Notes: generated by a model not told the origin, from the letters alone. A DNA stretch of 64,000 nt from the human T2T-CHM13v2.0 reference genome, Homo sapiens (GCF_009914755.1 NC_060948.1), one strand, 5' to 3'; positions 1-21,205 are shown, counted from the first letter of the stretch. Numbers and translations: made by a program.

Positions 1-45
1 AAAACAAGTTATGAGATGGGAAAAAGGGCACCCACAAACATACGT

Positions 46-1879
<1,834 letters not shown>

Positions 1880-2455
1880 AGATCCATATTTTTTAAATGA
1901 AAAAAAATTTCAAAGGTACTCTGCTTGGTACAATAATCAAATGTATAAACTGAGGAATAAAACATAACCATGAAACCTACTTATAACTGCATATGGAAAA
2001 TACAGAGGATAATTTTTTAAATAACATATTTTGAAAGCCTTAACTAGTAATTTGAAGAGTTGGCATTTGAAAGGCCAGTATGAATATACCTTCAAAGCAG
2101 CAACACAGGTTCCCCATGAGAAAAAGCAAACACAGGGAAAATAAAAACACAAAGGTTCAATCTCTTCTGACCTTTGAAAGACACAGCACAGACAGTGGTC
2201 CTTAGGACGAAGAGCAGGAGACCCCTAATTCCGTCACCATGGCGATAGGGCATAAACATTGCTGGGTGAGGGCACAATCCACATTGTGAGGTCCAACTGC
2301 TGCCAGGAAGACAGGAGTGCTTTTACATAGACCGAAAGGTCATTGAAGGCTCAGAGTTTTGTTTCAAGAACTGAATCCCAAGCCCACACGTTATTAGGCT
2401 GCGCTTCTTAAAACAAGTTATGAGATGGGAAAAAGGGCACCCACAAACATACGTA
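1880..2455. repeat. HSATI-like subunit of DYZ2 (unit 1; present in every unit)
   Basis: About 0.55 kb of mixed-composition sequence between the Alu 5' end and the next AT tract. Position and size fit the HSATI component of DYZ2. The name comes from the known architecture rather than an alignment, and boundaries are approximate. Confidence 0.75.
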
Positions 2456-3975
2456 TACATTATGTATATAATAATATACAGTGTCATATATATAATATAT
2501 ATAACCTATGTATAATATTGTTTTACATCCTGCATCTTATGTTATATATATTGTATAAAATATAATAATTGATAATATATGTTTTATAATTATACAATAT
2601 GACATATAGTATATATTATAATTAATGACATATATAATATATGTTATATGTCATATATAGAATATATTATACGGTTAATATAAGTGTTAAATATAAATTA
2701 TACATTATATATATTATATATAATATATCTGTTATATATAATACCCATTATGCATAATATATATATTATGTCTATGTTATATATAGTATAAAACAACATA
2801 TAATAATACATAATTCTATATATAAAATGCAACATATAATATATATTATATTTTATAACATATGTAATATATATTATATATAATACGTTGTATGTATAAT
2901 ACCTATATTAAATATATATTATATGACTATGTTATTAATTACATGTCACATGTGTTATATATTATATATTTTACATAGAATATACCGGTTACATACAATA
3001 TATACTATGTTACCTATAATGTATAATTTATTACATGTAAAATAAAGAATGCAATATATTATGTATAATTTATAATATACCATATGTGGAATGTGATATA
3101 TATAACATATAATATATGATATATGATATACAGTATATGATATATAACATACAATATATGATTCCTAATATATATGGTATACAATATATATTTTATGATA
3201 TGTATTCTATATGTTTTATATTCTGTTATATATAACTATTTGAAATTATATATAACTGTATAATATTTTATGTAAATATGTAATATAATATATATAACTA
3301 TATAATATACTATATATAACTATATATTATGTTATATATACTTTTATAACATAATTTACATAAAATATCATAATATAATATATATTATATTATTTCATAT
3401 TACATAATATATATTACATATCACCCAATATAACTAACATACATAATATTATAATATAGATTATATTGTGTTATATTAAATATCATATATATCATGTATC
3501 ATATATTCTATAATATATATTACACATTATATAATATGTATGTTGTCTATTATGTGATATATATAACTCTATATATAATTATATTTTTATACATATAACT
3601 AGATAAACATGTAATTCTACATATTTTCATTTATAATATGTAGAATTATATAATCATATATAATTATTTATATTCTATAAAAAATTTTATCATTCTATAA
3701 ATTATAATATATAAAAATTATAATATGTACTACAAATATATATATTATATATCATATATGATATAGTACCTTTGTTATATATCATAATACATATAAATGT
3801 GTATTATGTTATCTATAATTATATAATTTCATATATAAGATGTATAATATGTATCATATATTATATATGTTATGTAATATATATAGTATATATAAGATGA
3901 CACAGGATAAATATTATATACTATGACATATAAAATATATGAGGTTATATGTTACATATACGGCATAGCACATAA

Positions 3976-4290
<315 letters not shown>

Positions 4291-6419
4291 AGATCCATAT
4301 TTTTTAAATGAAAAAAAATTTCAAAGGTACTCTGCTTGGTACAATAATCAAATGTATAAACTGAGGAATAAAACATAACCATGAAACCTACTTATAACTG
4401 CATATGGAAAATACAGAGGATAATTTTTTAAATAACATATTTTGAAAGCCTTAACTAGTAATTTGAAGAGTTGGCATTTGAAAGGCCAGTATGAATATAC
4501 CTTCAAAGCAGCAACACAGGTTCCCCATGAGAAAAAGCAAACACAGGGAAAATAAAAACACAAAGGTTCAATCTCTTCTGACCTTTGAAAGACACAGCAC
4601 AGACAGTGGTCCTTAGGACGAAGAGCAGGAGACCCCTAATTCCGTCACCATGGCGATAGGGCATAAACATTGCTGGGTGAGGGCACAATCCACATTGTGA
4701 GGTCCAACTGCTGCCAGGAAGACAGGAGTGCTTTTACATAGACCGAAAGGTCATTGAAGGCTCAGAGTTTTGTTTCAAGAACTGAATCCCAAGCCCACAC
4801 GTTATTAGGCTGCGCTTCTTAAAACAAGTTATGAGATGGGAAAAAGGGCACCCACAAACATACGTATACATTATGTATATAATAATATAGAGTGTCATAT
4901 ATATAATATATATAACCTATGTATAATATTGTTTTACATCCTGCATCTTATGTTATATATATCGTATAAAATATAATAATTGATAATATATAAGTTTTAT
5001 AATTATACAATATGACATATAGTATATATTATAATTTATGACATATATAATATATGTTATATATCATATATAGAATATATTATAGGGTTAATATACGTAT
5101 TAAATATAAATTATACATTATATATATTATATATACTATATCTGTTATATATAATAACCATTATGCATAATATATATATTATGTCTATGTTATATATAGT
5201 ATAAAACAACATATAATAATATATAATTGTATATATAAAATGCGACATATAATATATATTATATTTTATAACATATGTAATATATATTATATATTATATA
5301 TAATACGTTGTATGTATAATACCTATATTAAATATATATTATATGACTATGTTATTAATTACATGTCACATGTGTTATATATTATATATTTTACATAGAA
5401 TATACCGGTTACATACAATATATACTATGTTACCTATAATGTATAATTTATTACATGTAAAATAAAGAATGCAATATATTATGTATAATTTATAATATAC
5501 AATATGTGGAATGTGATATATATAACATATAATATATGATATATGATATACAGTATATGATATATAACATACAATATATGATTCCTATATATATATGGTA
5601 TACAATATATATTTTATGATATGTATTCTATATGTTTTATATTCTGTTATATATAACTATTTGAAATTATATATAACTGTATAATATTTTATGTAAATAT
5701 GTAATATAATATATATAACTATATAATATATTATATATAACTATATATTATGTTATATATACTTTTATAACATAATTTACATAAAATATCATAATATAAT
5801 ATATATTATATTATTTCATATTACATAATATATATTACATATCACCCAATATAACTAACATACATAATATTATAATATAGATTATATTGTGTTATATTAA
5901 ATATCATATGTATCATGTATCATATATTCTATAATATATATTACACATTATATAATATGTATGTTGTCTATTATGTGATATATATAACTATATATATAAT
6001 TATATTTTTATACATATAACTAGATAAACATGTAATTCTACATATTTTCATTTATAATATGTAGAATTATATAATCATATATAATTATTTATATTCTATA
6101 AAAAATTTTATCATTCTATAAATTATAATATATAAAAATTATAATATGTACTACAAATATATATATTATATATCATATATGATATAGTACCTTTGTTATA
6201 TATCATAATACATATAAATGTGTATTATGTTATCTATAATTATATAATTTCATATATAAGTTGTATAATATGTATCATATATTATATATGTTATGTAATA
6301 TATATAGTATATATAAGATGACACAGGATAAATATTATATACTATGACATATAAAATAGATGAGGTTATATGTTACATATAAGGCATAGCACATAACATG
6401 TAATATATATCATATATAA

Positions 6420-6711
6420 TTTTTTTTTAGACAGAATCTTGTCCTGTTGCACAGGGTGGGGTACAATGGCGCCATCTTTGCTCACTGCAACTTCTGCCTC
6501 ACGGGACCAAGCGATTGTCCTCCCTCAGCCTCCCAGGTAGCTGGGACTACACCACACTGGGACTACACCAGCTGCCACCATGCCTAGCTAATTTTTTGGA
6601 TTTTTAGTAGTGACAGCGTTTCACTGTATTGGCCAGGATGGTCTTGATCTCTTCACCTTGTGATCCCCTTGCCTTGGCCTCCAAATTTGCTGGGATTACA
6701 GGCCTGAGCCA
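6420..6711 (-). mobile_element. Alu copy, unit 3
   Basis: Same Alu sequence as unit 1. Confidence 0.93.
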
Positions 6712-8816
6712 AGATCCATATTTTTTAAATGAAAAAAAATTTCAAAGGTACTCTGCTTGGTACAATAATCAAATGTATAAACTGAGGAATAAAACATAAC
6801 CATGAAACCTACTTATAACTGCATATGGAAAATACAGAGGATAATTTTTTAAATAACATACTTTGAAAGCCTTAACTAGTAATTTGAAGAGTTGGCATTT
6901 GAAAGGCCAGTATGAATATACCTTCAAAGCAGCAACACAGGTTCCCCATGAGAAAAAGCAAACACAGGGAAAATAAAAACACAAAGGTTCAATCTCTTCT
7001 GACCTTTGAAAGACACAGCACAGTCAGTGGTCCTTAGGACGAAGAGCAGGAGACCCCTAATTCCGTCACCATGGCGATAGGGCATAAACATTGCTGGGTG
7101 AGGGCACAATCCACATTGTGCGGTCCAACTGCTGCCAGGAAGACAGGAGTGCTTTTACATAGACCGAAAGGTCATTGAAGGCTCAGAGTTTTGTTTCAAG
7201 AACTGAATCCCAAGCCCACACGTTATTAGGCTGCGCTTCTTAAAACAAGTTATGAGATGGGAAAAAGGGCACCCACAAACATACGTATACATTATGTATA
7301 TAATAATATACAGTATCATATATATAATATATATAACCTATGTATAATATTGTTTTACATCCTGCATCTTATGTTATATATATTGTATAAAATATAATAA
7401 TTGATAATATATAAGTTTTATAATTATACAATATGACATATAGTATATATTATAATTTATGACATATATAATATATGTTATATATCATATATAGAATATA
7501 TTATACGGTTAATATACGTATTAAATATAAATTATACATTATATATATTATATATAATATATCTGTTATATATAATACCCATTATGCATAATATATATAT
7601 TATGTCTATGTTATATATAGTATAAAACAACATATAATAATATATAATTGTATATATAAAATGCGACATATAATATATATTATATTTTATAACATATGTA
7701 ATATATATTATATATTATCTATAATACGTTGTATGTATAATACTTATATTAAATATATATTATATGACTATGTTATTAATTACATGTCACATGTGTTATA
7801 TATTATATATTTTACATAGAATATACCGGTTACATACAATATATACTATGTTACCTATAATGTATAATTTATTACATGTAAAATAAAGAATGCAATATAT
7901 TATGTAAAATTTATAATATACCATATGTGGAATGTGATATATGTAACATATAATATATGATATATGATATACAGTATATGATATATAACATACAATATAT
8001 GATTCCTAATATATATGGTATACAATATATATTTTATGATATGTATTCTATATGTTTTATATTCTGTTATATATAACTATTTGAAATTATATATAACTGT
8101 ATAATATTTTATGTAAATATGTAATATAATATATATAACTATATAATATATTATATATAACTATGTATTATGTTATATATACTTTTATAACATAATTTAC
8201 ATAAAATATCATAATATAATATATATTATATTATTTCATATTACATAATATATATTACATATCACCCAATATAACTAACATACATAATATTATTATATAG
8301 ATTATATTATGTTATATTAAATATCATATATATCATGTATCATATATTCTATAATATATATTACACATTATATAATATGTATGTTGTCTATTATGTGATA
8401 TATATAACTCTATATATAATTATATTTTTATACATATAACTAGATAAACATGTAATTCTACATATTTTCATTTATAATATGTAGAATTATATAATCATAT
8501 ATAATTATTTATATTCTATAAAAAATTTTATCTTTATATAAATTATAATATATAAAAATTATAATATGTACTACAAATATATATATTATATATCATATAT
8601 GATATAGTACCTTTGTTATATATCATAATACATATAAATGTGTATTATGTTATCTATAATTATATAATTTCATATATAAGATGTATAATATGTATCATAT
8701 ATTATATATGTTATGTAATATATATAGTATATATAAGATGACACAGGATAAATATTATATACTATGACATATAAAATATATGAGGTTATATGTTACATAT
8801 AAGGCATAGCACATAA

Positions 8817-9126
<310 letters not shown>

Positions 9127-11221
9127 AGATCCATATTTTTTAAATGAAAAAAAATTTCAAAGGTACTCTGCTTGGTACAATAATCAAATGTATAAACTGA
9201 GGAATAAAACATAAACATGAAACCTACTTATAACTGCATATGGAAAATACAGAGGATAATTTTTTAAATAACATATTTTGAAAGCCTTAACTAGTAATTT
9301 GAAGAGTTGGCATTTGAAAGGCCAGTATGAATATACCTTCAAAGCAGCAACACAGGTTCCCCATGAGAAAAAGCAGACACAGGGAAAATAAAAACACAAA
9401 GGTTCAATCTCTTCTGACCTTTGAAAGACACAGCACAGACAGTGGTCCTTAGGACGAAGAGCAGGAGACCCCTAATTCCGTCACCATGGCGATAGGGCAT
9501 AAACATTGCTGGGTGAGGGCACAATCCACATTGTGAGGTCCAACTGCTGCCAGGAAGACAGGAGTGCTTTTACATAGACCGAAAGGTCATTGAAGGCTCA
9601 GAGTTTTGTTTCAAGAACTGAATCCCAAGCCCACAGGTTATTAGGCTGCGCTTCTTAAAACAAGTTATGAGATGGGAAAAAGGGCACCCACAAACATACG
9701 TATACATTATGTATATAATAATATACAGTGTCATATATATAATATATATAACCTATGTATAATATTGTTTTACATCCTGCATCTTATGTTATATATATTG
9801 TATAAAATATAATAATTGATAATATATAAGTTTTATAAATATACAATATGACATATAGTATATATTATAATTTATGACATATATAATATATGTCATATAT
9901 CATATATAGAATATATTATACGGTTAATATACGTATTAAATATAAATTATACATTATATATATTATATATAATATATCTGTTATATATAATACCCATTAT
10001 GCATAATATATATATTATGTCTATGTTATATATAGTATAAAACAACATATAATATATAATTGTATATATAAAATGCGACATATAATATATATTATATTTT
10101 ATAACATATGTTTTATATATTATATATAATACGTTGTATGTATACTACCTATATTAAGTATATATTATATGACTATGTTATTAATTACATGTCACATGTG
10201 TTATATATTATATATTTTACATAGAATATACCGGTTACATACAATATATACCATGTTACCTATAATGTATAATTTATTACATGTAAAATAAAGAATGCAA
10301 TATATTATGTATAATTTATAATATACAATATTTGGAATGTGATATATATAACATATAATATATGATATATGATATACAGTATATGATATATAACATACAA
10401 TATATGATTCCTAATATATATGGTATACAATATATATTTTATGATATGTATTCTATATGTTTTATATTCTGTTATATATAACTATTTGAAATTATATATA
10501 ACTGTATAATATTTTATGTAAATATGTAATATAATATATATAACTATATAATATATTATATATAACTATATATTATGTTATATATACTTTCATAACATAA
10601 TTTACATAAAATATCATAATATAATATATATTATATTATTTCATATTACATAATATATATTACATATCACCCAATATAACTAACATACATAATATTATAA
10701 TATAGATTATATTGTGTTATATTAAATATCATATATATCATGTATCATATATTCTATAATATATATTACACATTATATAATATGTATGTTGTCTATTATG
10801 TGATATATATAACTATATATATAATTATATTTTTATACATATAACTAGATAAACATGTAATTCTACATATTTTCATTTATAATATGTAGAATTATATAAT
10901 CATATATAATTATTTATATTCTATAAAAAATTTTATCATTCTATAAATTATAATATATAAAAATTATAATATGTACTACAAATATATATATTATATATCA
11001 TATATGATATAGTACCTTTGTTATATATCATAATACATATAAATGTGTATTATGTTATCTATAATTATATAATTTCATATATAAGATGTATAATATGTAT
11101 CATATATTATATATGTTATGTAATATATATAGTATATATAAGATGACACAGGATAAATATTATATACTATGACATATAAAATATATGAGGTTATATGTTA
11201 CATATAAGGCATAGCACATAA

Positions 11222-11536
<315 letters not shown>

Positions 11537-13662
11537 AGATCCATATTTTTTAAATGAAAAAAAATTTCAAAGGTACTCTGCTTGGTACAATAATCAAATG
11601 TATAAACTGAGGAATAAAACATAACCATGAAACCTACTTATAACTGCATATGGAAAATACAGAGGATAATTTTTTAAATAACATATTTTGAAAGCCTTAA
11701 CTAGTAATTTGAAGAGTTGGCATTTGAAAGGCCAGTATGAATATACCTTCAAAGCAGCAACACAGGTTCCCCGTGAGAAAAAGCAAACTCAGGGAAAATA
11801 AAAACACAAAGGTTCAATCTCTTCTGACCTTTGAAAGACACAGCACAGACAGTGGTCCTTAGGACGAAGAGCAGGAGACCCCTAATTCCGTCACCATGGC
11901 GATAGGGCATAAACATTGCTGGGTGAGGGCACAATCCACATTGTGAGGTCCAACTGCTGCCAGGAAGACAGGAGTGCTTTTACATAGACCGAAAGGTCAT
12001 TGAAGGCTCAGAGTTTTGTTTCAAGAACTGAATCCCAAGCCCACACGTTATTAGGCTGCGCTTCTTAAAACAAGTTACGAGATGGGAAAAAGGGCACCCA
12101 CAAACATACGTATACATTATGTATATAATAATATACAGTATCATATATATAAGATATATAACCTATGTATAATATTGTTTTACATCCTGCATCTTATATT
12201 ATATATATTGTATAAAATATAATAATTGATAATATATGTTTTATATTTATACAATATGACATATAGTATATATTATAATTTATGACATATATAATATATG
12301 TTATATATCATATATAGAATATATTATACGGTTAATATATGTATTAAATATAAATTATAAATTATATATATTATATATAGTATATCTGCTATATATAATA
12401 CCCATTATGCATAATATATATATTATGTCTATGTTATATATAGTATAAAACAACACATAATAATATATAATTGTATATATAAAATGCGACATAAAATATA
12501 TATTATATTTTATGACATATGTAATATATATTATATATTATATATAATACGTTGTATGTATAATGCCTATATTAAATATATATTATAAGACTATGTTATT
12601 AATTACATGTCACATGTGTTATATATTATGTATTTTACATAGAATATACCGGTTACATACAATATATACTATGTTACCTACAATGTATAATTGATTACAT
12701 GTAAAATAAAGAATGCAATATATTATGTATAATTTATAATATACAATATGTGGAATATGATATATATAACATATATTATATGATATATGATATACAGTAT
12801 ATGATATATAACATACAATATATGATACCTAATATATATGGTATACAATATATATTTTATGATACGTATTCTCTATGTTTTATATTCTGTTATATAAAAC
12901 TATTTGAAATTATATATAACTGTATAATATTTTATGTAAATATGTAATATAATATATATAACTATATAATATATTATATATAACTATATATTATGTTATA
13001 TATACTTTTATAACACAATTTACATAAAATATCATAATATAATATATATTATATTATTTCATATTACATAATATATATTACATATCACCCAACATAAGTA
13101 ACATACATAATATTATAATATAGATTATATTATGATATACTAAATATCATATATATCATGTATCACATATTCTATAATATATATTACACATTATATAATA
13201 TGTATTTTGTCTATTATGTGATATATATAACTATATATATAATTATATTATTATACATATAACTAGATAAACATGTAATTCTACATATTTTCATTTATAA
13301 TATATAGAATTATATAATCATATATAATTATTTATATTCTATAAAAAATTATATCATTATATAAATTATAATATATAAAAATTATAATATGTACTACAAA
13401 TATATATATTATATATCATATATGATATAGTACCTTTGTTATATATCATAATACGTATAAATGTGTATTATGTTATCTATAATTATATAATTTCATATAT
13501 AAGATGTATAATATGTATCATATATTATATATGTTATGTAATATATATAGTATATATAAGATGACACAGGATAAATATTATATACTATGACATATAAAAT
13601 ATATGAGGTTATATGTTACATATAAGGCATAGCACATAACATGTAATATATATCATATATAA

Positions 13663-13954
13663 TTTTTTTTTAGACAGAGTCTTGTCCTGTTGCACAGGGT
13701 GGGGTACAATGGCGCCATCTTTGCTCACTGCAATATCTGCCTCATGGGTCCAAGCGATTGTCCTCCCTCAGCCTCCCAGGTAGCTGGGACTACACCACAC
13801 TGGGACTACACCAGCTGCCACCATGCCTAGCTAATTTTTTGGATTTTTAGTAGTGACAGCATTTCACTGTATTGGCCAGGATGGTCTTGATCTCTTCACC
13901 TTGTGATCCCCTTGCCTTGGCCTCCAAATTTGCTGGGATTACAGGCCTGAGCCA
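13663..13954 (-). mobile_element. Alu copy, unit 6
   Basis: Same Alu sequence as unit 1. Confidence 0.93.
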
Positions 13955-16052
13955 AGATCCATATTTTTTAAATGAAAAAAAATTTCAAAGGTACTCTGCT
14001 TGGTACAATAATCAAATGTATAAACTGAGGAATAAAACATAACCAGGAAACCTACTTATAACTGCATATGGAAAATACAGAGGATAATTTTTTAAATAAC
14101 ATATTTTGAAAGCCTTAACTAGTAGTTTGAAGAGTTGGCATTTGAAAGGCCAGTATGAATATACCTTCAAAGCAGCAACACAGGTTCCCCATGAGAAAAA
14201 GCAAACTCAGGGAAAATAAAACCACAAAGGTTCAATCTCTTCTGACCTTTGAAAGACACAGCACAGACAGTGGTCCTTAGGACGAAGAGCAGGAGACCCC
14301 TAATTCCGTCACCATGGCGATAGGGCATAAACATTGCTGGGTGACGGCACAATCCACATTGTGAGGTCCAACTGCTGCCAGGAAGACAGGAGTGCTTTTA
14401 CATAGACCGAAAGGTCATTGAAGGCTCAGAGTTTTGTTTCAAGAACTGAATCCCAAGCCCACAGGTTATTAGGCTGCGCTTCTTAAAACAAGTTACGAGA
14501 TGGGAAAAAGGGCACCCACAAACATACGTATACATTATGTATATAATAATATACAGTATCATATATATAATATATATAACCTATGTATAATATTGTTTTA
14601 CATCCTGCATCTTATATATATTGTATAAAATCTAATAATTGATAATATATAAGTTTTATATTTACACTATATGACATATAGTATATATTATAATTTATGA
14701 CATATATAATATATGTTATATATCATATATAGAATATATTATACGGTTAATATACGTATTAAATATAAATTATACATTATATATATTATATATAATATAT
14801 CTGTTATATATAATACCCATTATGCATAATATATATATTATGTCTATGTTATATATATTATAAAACAACATATAATAATATATAATTGTATATATAAAAT
14901 GCGACATATAATATATATTATATTTTATTACACATGTAATATATATTATATATTATATATAATATGTTGTATGTATAATACCTATCTTAAATATATATTA
15001 TATGACTATGTTATTAATTACATGTCACATGTGTTATATATTATATATTTTACATAGAATATACCGGTTACATACAATATATACAATGTTACCTATAATG
15101 TATAATTTATTACATGTAAAATAAAGAATGCAATATATTATGTATAATTTATAATATACAATATGTGGAATGTGATATATATAACCTATAATATATGATA
15201 GATGATATGCAGTATATGATATATAACATACAATATATGATACCTAATATATATGGTATACAATATATATTTTATGATATGTATTCTATATGTTTTATAT
15301 TCTGTTATATATAACTATTTGAAATTATATATAACTGTATAATATTTTATGTAAATATGTAATATAATATATATAACTATATAATATATTATATGTAACT
15401 ATATATTATGTTATAAGTACTTTTATAACAAAATTTACATAAAATATCATAATATAATATATATTATATTATTTCATATTACATAATATATATTACGTAT
15501 CACCCAATATAAGTAACATACATAATATTATAATATAGAATATATTATGTTATATTAAATATCATATATATCATGTATCATATATTCTATAATATATATT
15601 ATTCATTATATAATATGTATGTTGTCTATTATGTGATATATAACTATATATATAATTATATTATTATTCATATAACTACATAAACATGTAATTCTACATA
15701 TTTTCATTTATAATATATAGAATTATATAATCATATATAATTATTTATATTCTATAAAAAATTATATCATTATATAAAATATAATATATAAAAATTATAA
15801 TATGTACTACAAATATATATATTATATATCATATATGATATAGTACCTTTGTTATATATCATAATACATATAAATGTGTATTATGTTATCTATAATTATA
15901 TAATTTCATATATATGATGTATAATATGTATCATATATTATATATGTTATGTAATATATATAGTATATATAAGATGACACAGGATAAATATTATATACTA
16001 TGACATATAAAATATATGAGGTTATATGTTACATATAAGGCATAGCACATAA

Positions 16053-16367
<315 letters not shown>

Positions 16368-18472
16368 AGATCCATATTTTTTAAATGAAAAAAAATTTCA
16401 AAGGTACTCTGCTTGGTACAATAATCAAATGTATAAACTGAGGAATAAAACATAACCATGAAACCTACTTATAACTGCATATGGAAAATACAGAGGATAA
16501 TTTTTTAAATAACATATTTTGAAAACCTTAACTAGTAATTTGAAGAGTTGGCATTTGAAAGGCCAGTATGAATATACCTTCAAAGCAGCAACACAGGTTC
16601 CCCATGAGAAAAAGCAAACTCAGGGAAAATAAAACCACAAAGGTTCAATCTCTTCTGACCTTTGAAAGACACAGCACAGACAGTGGTCCTTAGGACGAAG
16701 AGCAGGAGACCCCTAATTCCGTCACCATGGCGATAGGGCATAAACATTGCTGGGTGAGGGCACAATCCACATTGTGAGGTCCAAGTGCTGCCAGGAAGAC
16801 AGGAGTGCTTTTACATAGACCGAAAGGTCATTGAAGGCTCAGAGTTTTGTTTCAAGAACTGAATCCCAAGCCCACACGTTATTAGGCTGCGCTTCTTAAA
16901 ACAAGTTATGAGATGGGAAAAAGGGCACCCACAAACACACGTATACATTATGTATATAATAATATACAGTATCATATATATAATATATATAACCTATGTA
17001 TAATATTGTTTTACATCCTGCATCTTATGTTATATATATTGTATAAAATATAATAATTGATAATATATAAGTTTTATATTTATACAATATGACATATAGT
17101 ATATATTATAATTTATGACATATATAATATATGTTATATATCATATATAGAATATATTATACGGTTAATATACGTATTAAATATAAATTATACATTATAT
17201 ATATTATATATAATATATCTGTTATATATAATACCCATTATGTATAATATATATATTATGTCTATGTTATATATAGTATAAAACAACATATAATAATATA
17301 TAATTGTATATATAAAATGCGACATATAATATATATTATATTTTATGACATATGTAATATATATTATATATTATATATAATACGTTGTATGTATAATACC
17401 TATATTAAATATATATTATATGACTATGTTATTAATTACATGTCACATGTGTTATATATTATTTATTTTACATAGAATATACCGGTTACATGCAATATAT
17501 ACTATGTTACCTATAATGTATAATTTATTACATGTAAAATAAAGAATGCAATATATTATGTATAATTTATAATATACAATATGTGGAATGTGATATATAT
17601 AACATATAATATATGATATATGATATAAAGTATATGATATATAACATACAATATATGATACCTAATATATATGATATACAATATATATTTTATGATATGT
17701 ATTCTATATGTTATATATTCTGTTATATATAACTGTTTGAAATTATATATAACTGTATAATATTTTAGGTAAATATGTAATATAATATATATAACTTTAT
17801 AATATATTATATATAACTATATATTATGTTATATATACTTTTATAACATAATTTACATAAAATATCATAATATAATAGATATTATATTATTTCATATTAC
17901 ATAATATATATTACATATCACCCAATATAAGTAACATACCTAATATTATAATATAGATTATATTATGTTATATTCAATGTCATATATATCATGTATCATA
18001 TATTCTATAATATATATTATACATTATATAATATGTATGTTGTCTATTATGTGATATATATAACTATATATATAATTATATTATTATACATATAACTAGA
18101 TAAACATGTAATTCTACATATTTTCATTTATAATATATAGAATTATATAATCATATATAATTATTTATATTCTATAAAAAATTATATCATTATATAAATT
18201 ATAATATATAAAAATTATAATATGTATTACAAACATATATATTATATATCATATATGATATAGTACCTTTGTTATATATCATAATACATATAAATGTGTA
18301 TTATGTTATCTATAATTATATAATTTCATATATAAGGTGTATAATATGTATTATTTATTATATATGTTATGTAATATATATAGTATATATAAGCTGACAC
18401 AGGATAAATATTATATACTATGACATACAAAATATATGAGGTTATATGTTACATATAAGGCATAGCACATAA

Positions 18473-18787
<315 letters not shown>

Positions 18788-20890
18788 AGATCCATATTTT
18801 TTAAATGAAAAAAAATTTCAAAGGTACTCTGCTTGGTACAATAATCAAATGTATAAACTGAGGAATAAAACATAACCATGAAACCTACTTATAACTGCAT
18901 ATGGAAAATACAGAGGATAATTTTTTAAATAACATATTTTGAAAGCCTTAACTAGTAATTTGAAGAGTTGGCATTTGAAAGGCCATTATGAATATACCTT
19001 CAAAGCAGCAACACAGGTTCCCCATGAGAAAAAGCAAACTCAGGGAAAATAAAACCACAAAGGTTCAATCTCTTCTGACCTTTGAAAGACACAGCACAGA
19101 CAGTGGTCCTTAGGACGAAGAGCAGGAGACCCCTAATTCCGTCACCATGGCGATAGGGCATAAACATTGCTGGGTGAGGGCACAATCCACATTGTGAGGT
19201 CCAACTGCTGCCAGGAAGACAGGAGTGCTTTTACATAGACCGAAAGGTCATTGAAGGCTCAGAGTTTTGTTTCAAGAACTAAATCCCAAGCCAAAACGTT
19301 ATTAGGCTGCGCTTCTTAAAACAAGTTATGAGATGGGAAAACGGGCACCCACAAACATACGTATACATTATGTATATAATAATATACAGTATCATATATA
19401 TAATATATATAACCTATGTATAATATTGTTTTACATCCTGCATCTTATGTTATATATATTTTATAAAATATAATAATTGATAATGTATAATTTTTATATT
19501 TATACAATATGACATATAGTATATATTATAATTTATGACATATATAATATATGTTATATATCATATATAGAATATATTATACGGTTAATATACGTATTAA
19601 ATATAAATTATACCTTATATATATTATATATAATATATCTGTTATATATAATACGCATTATGCATAATATATATATTATGTCTATGTTATATATAGTATA
19701 AAACAACATATAATAATATATAATTGTATATATAAAATGCGACATATAATATATATTATATTTTATGACATATGTAATATATATTATATATTATATATAA
19801 TACGTTGTATGTATAATACCTATATTAAATATATATTATATGACCATGTTATTAATTACATGTCACATATGTTATATATTATATATTTTACATAGAATAT
19901 ACCGGTTACATACAATATATACTATGTTACCTATAATGTATAATTTATTACATGTAAAAAAAAGAAAGCAATATATTATGTATAATTTATAATATACAAT
20001 ATGTGGAATGTGATATATATAACATATAATATATGATATATGATATACAGTATATGATATATAACATACAATATATGATACCTAATATATATGGTATACA
20101 ATATATATTTTATGATATGTATTCTATATGTTTTATATTCTGTTATATGTAACTATTTGAAATTATATATAACTGTATAATATTTTATGTAAATATGTAA
20201 TAGAATATATATATCTATATAATATATTATATATAACTATATATTATGTTATATATACTTTTATAACATAATTTACATAAAATATCATAATATAATATAT
20301 ATTATATTATTTCATATTACATAATATATATTACATATCACCCAATATAAGTAACATACATAATAGTATAATATAGATTATATTATGTTATATTAAATAT
20401 CATATATATCATGTATCATATATTCTATAATATATATTATACATTATATAATATGTATGTTGTCTATTATGTGATATATATAAATATATATAATTATATT
20501 ATTATACATATAACTAGCTAACCATGTAATTCTACATATTTTCATTTATAATATATAGAATTATATAATCATATATAATTATTTATATTCTATAAAAAAT
20601 TATATCATTATATAAATTATAATATATAAAAATTATAATATGTACTACAAATATATATATTATATATCATATATGATATAGTACCTTTGTTATATATCAT
20701 AATACATATAAATGTGTATTATGTTATCTATAATTATATAATTTCATATATAAGTTGTATAATATGTATTATATATTATATATGTTATGTAATATATATA
20801 GTATATATAAGATGACACAGGATAAATATTATATACTATGACATATAAAATATATGAGGTTATATGTTTCATATAAGGCATAGCACATAA

Positions 20891-21205
<315 letters not shown>

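Noticed and set aside
1937-2152. 71-aa minus-strand ORF in units 1-4
   Set aside because: It is lost from unit 5 onward through a single substitution (CACA>CTCA gives TGA on the minus strand). It is a subfamily marker rather than a gene.
2092-2277. 61-aa minus-strand ORF (MCPHPAMF...) open in all 26 units
   Set aside because: Its persistence follows from near-identical satellite copies. It is short, has no recognisable domain, and many of the variants are amino-acid changing.
12750-12947. 65-aa ORF with YDIQYMIY-like repeats (also at 32101)
   Set aside because: The peptide periodicity reflects the 7-bp DNA repeat; it is not a credible coding sequence.
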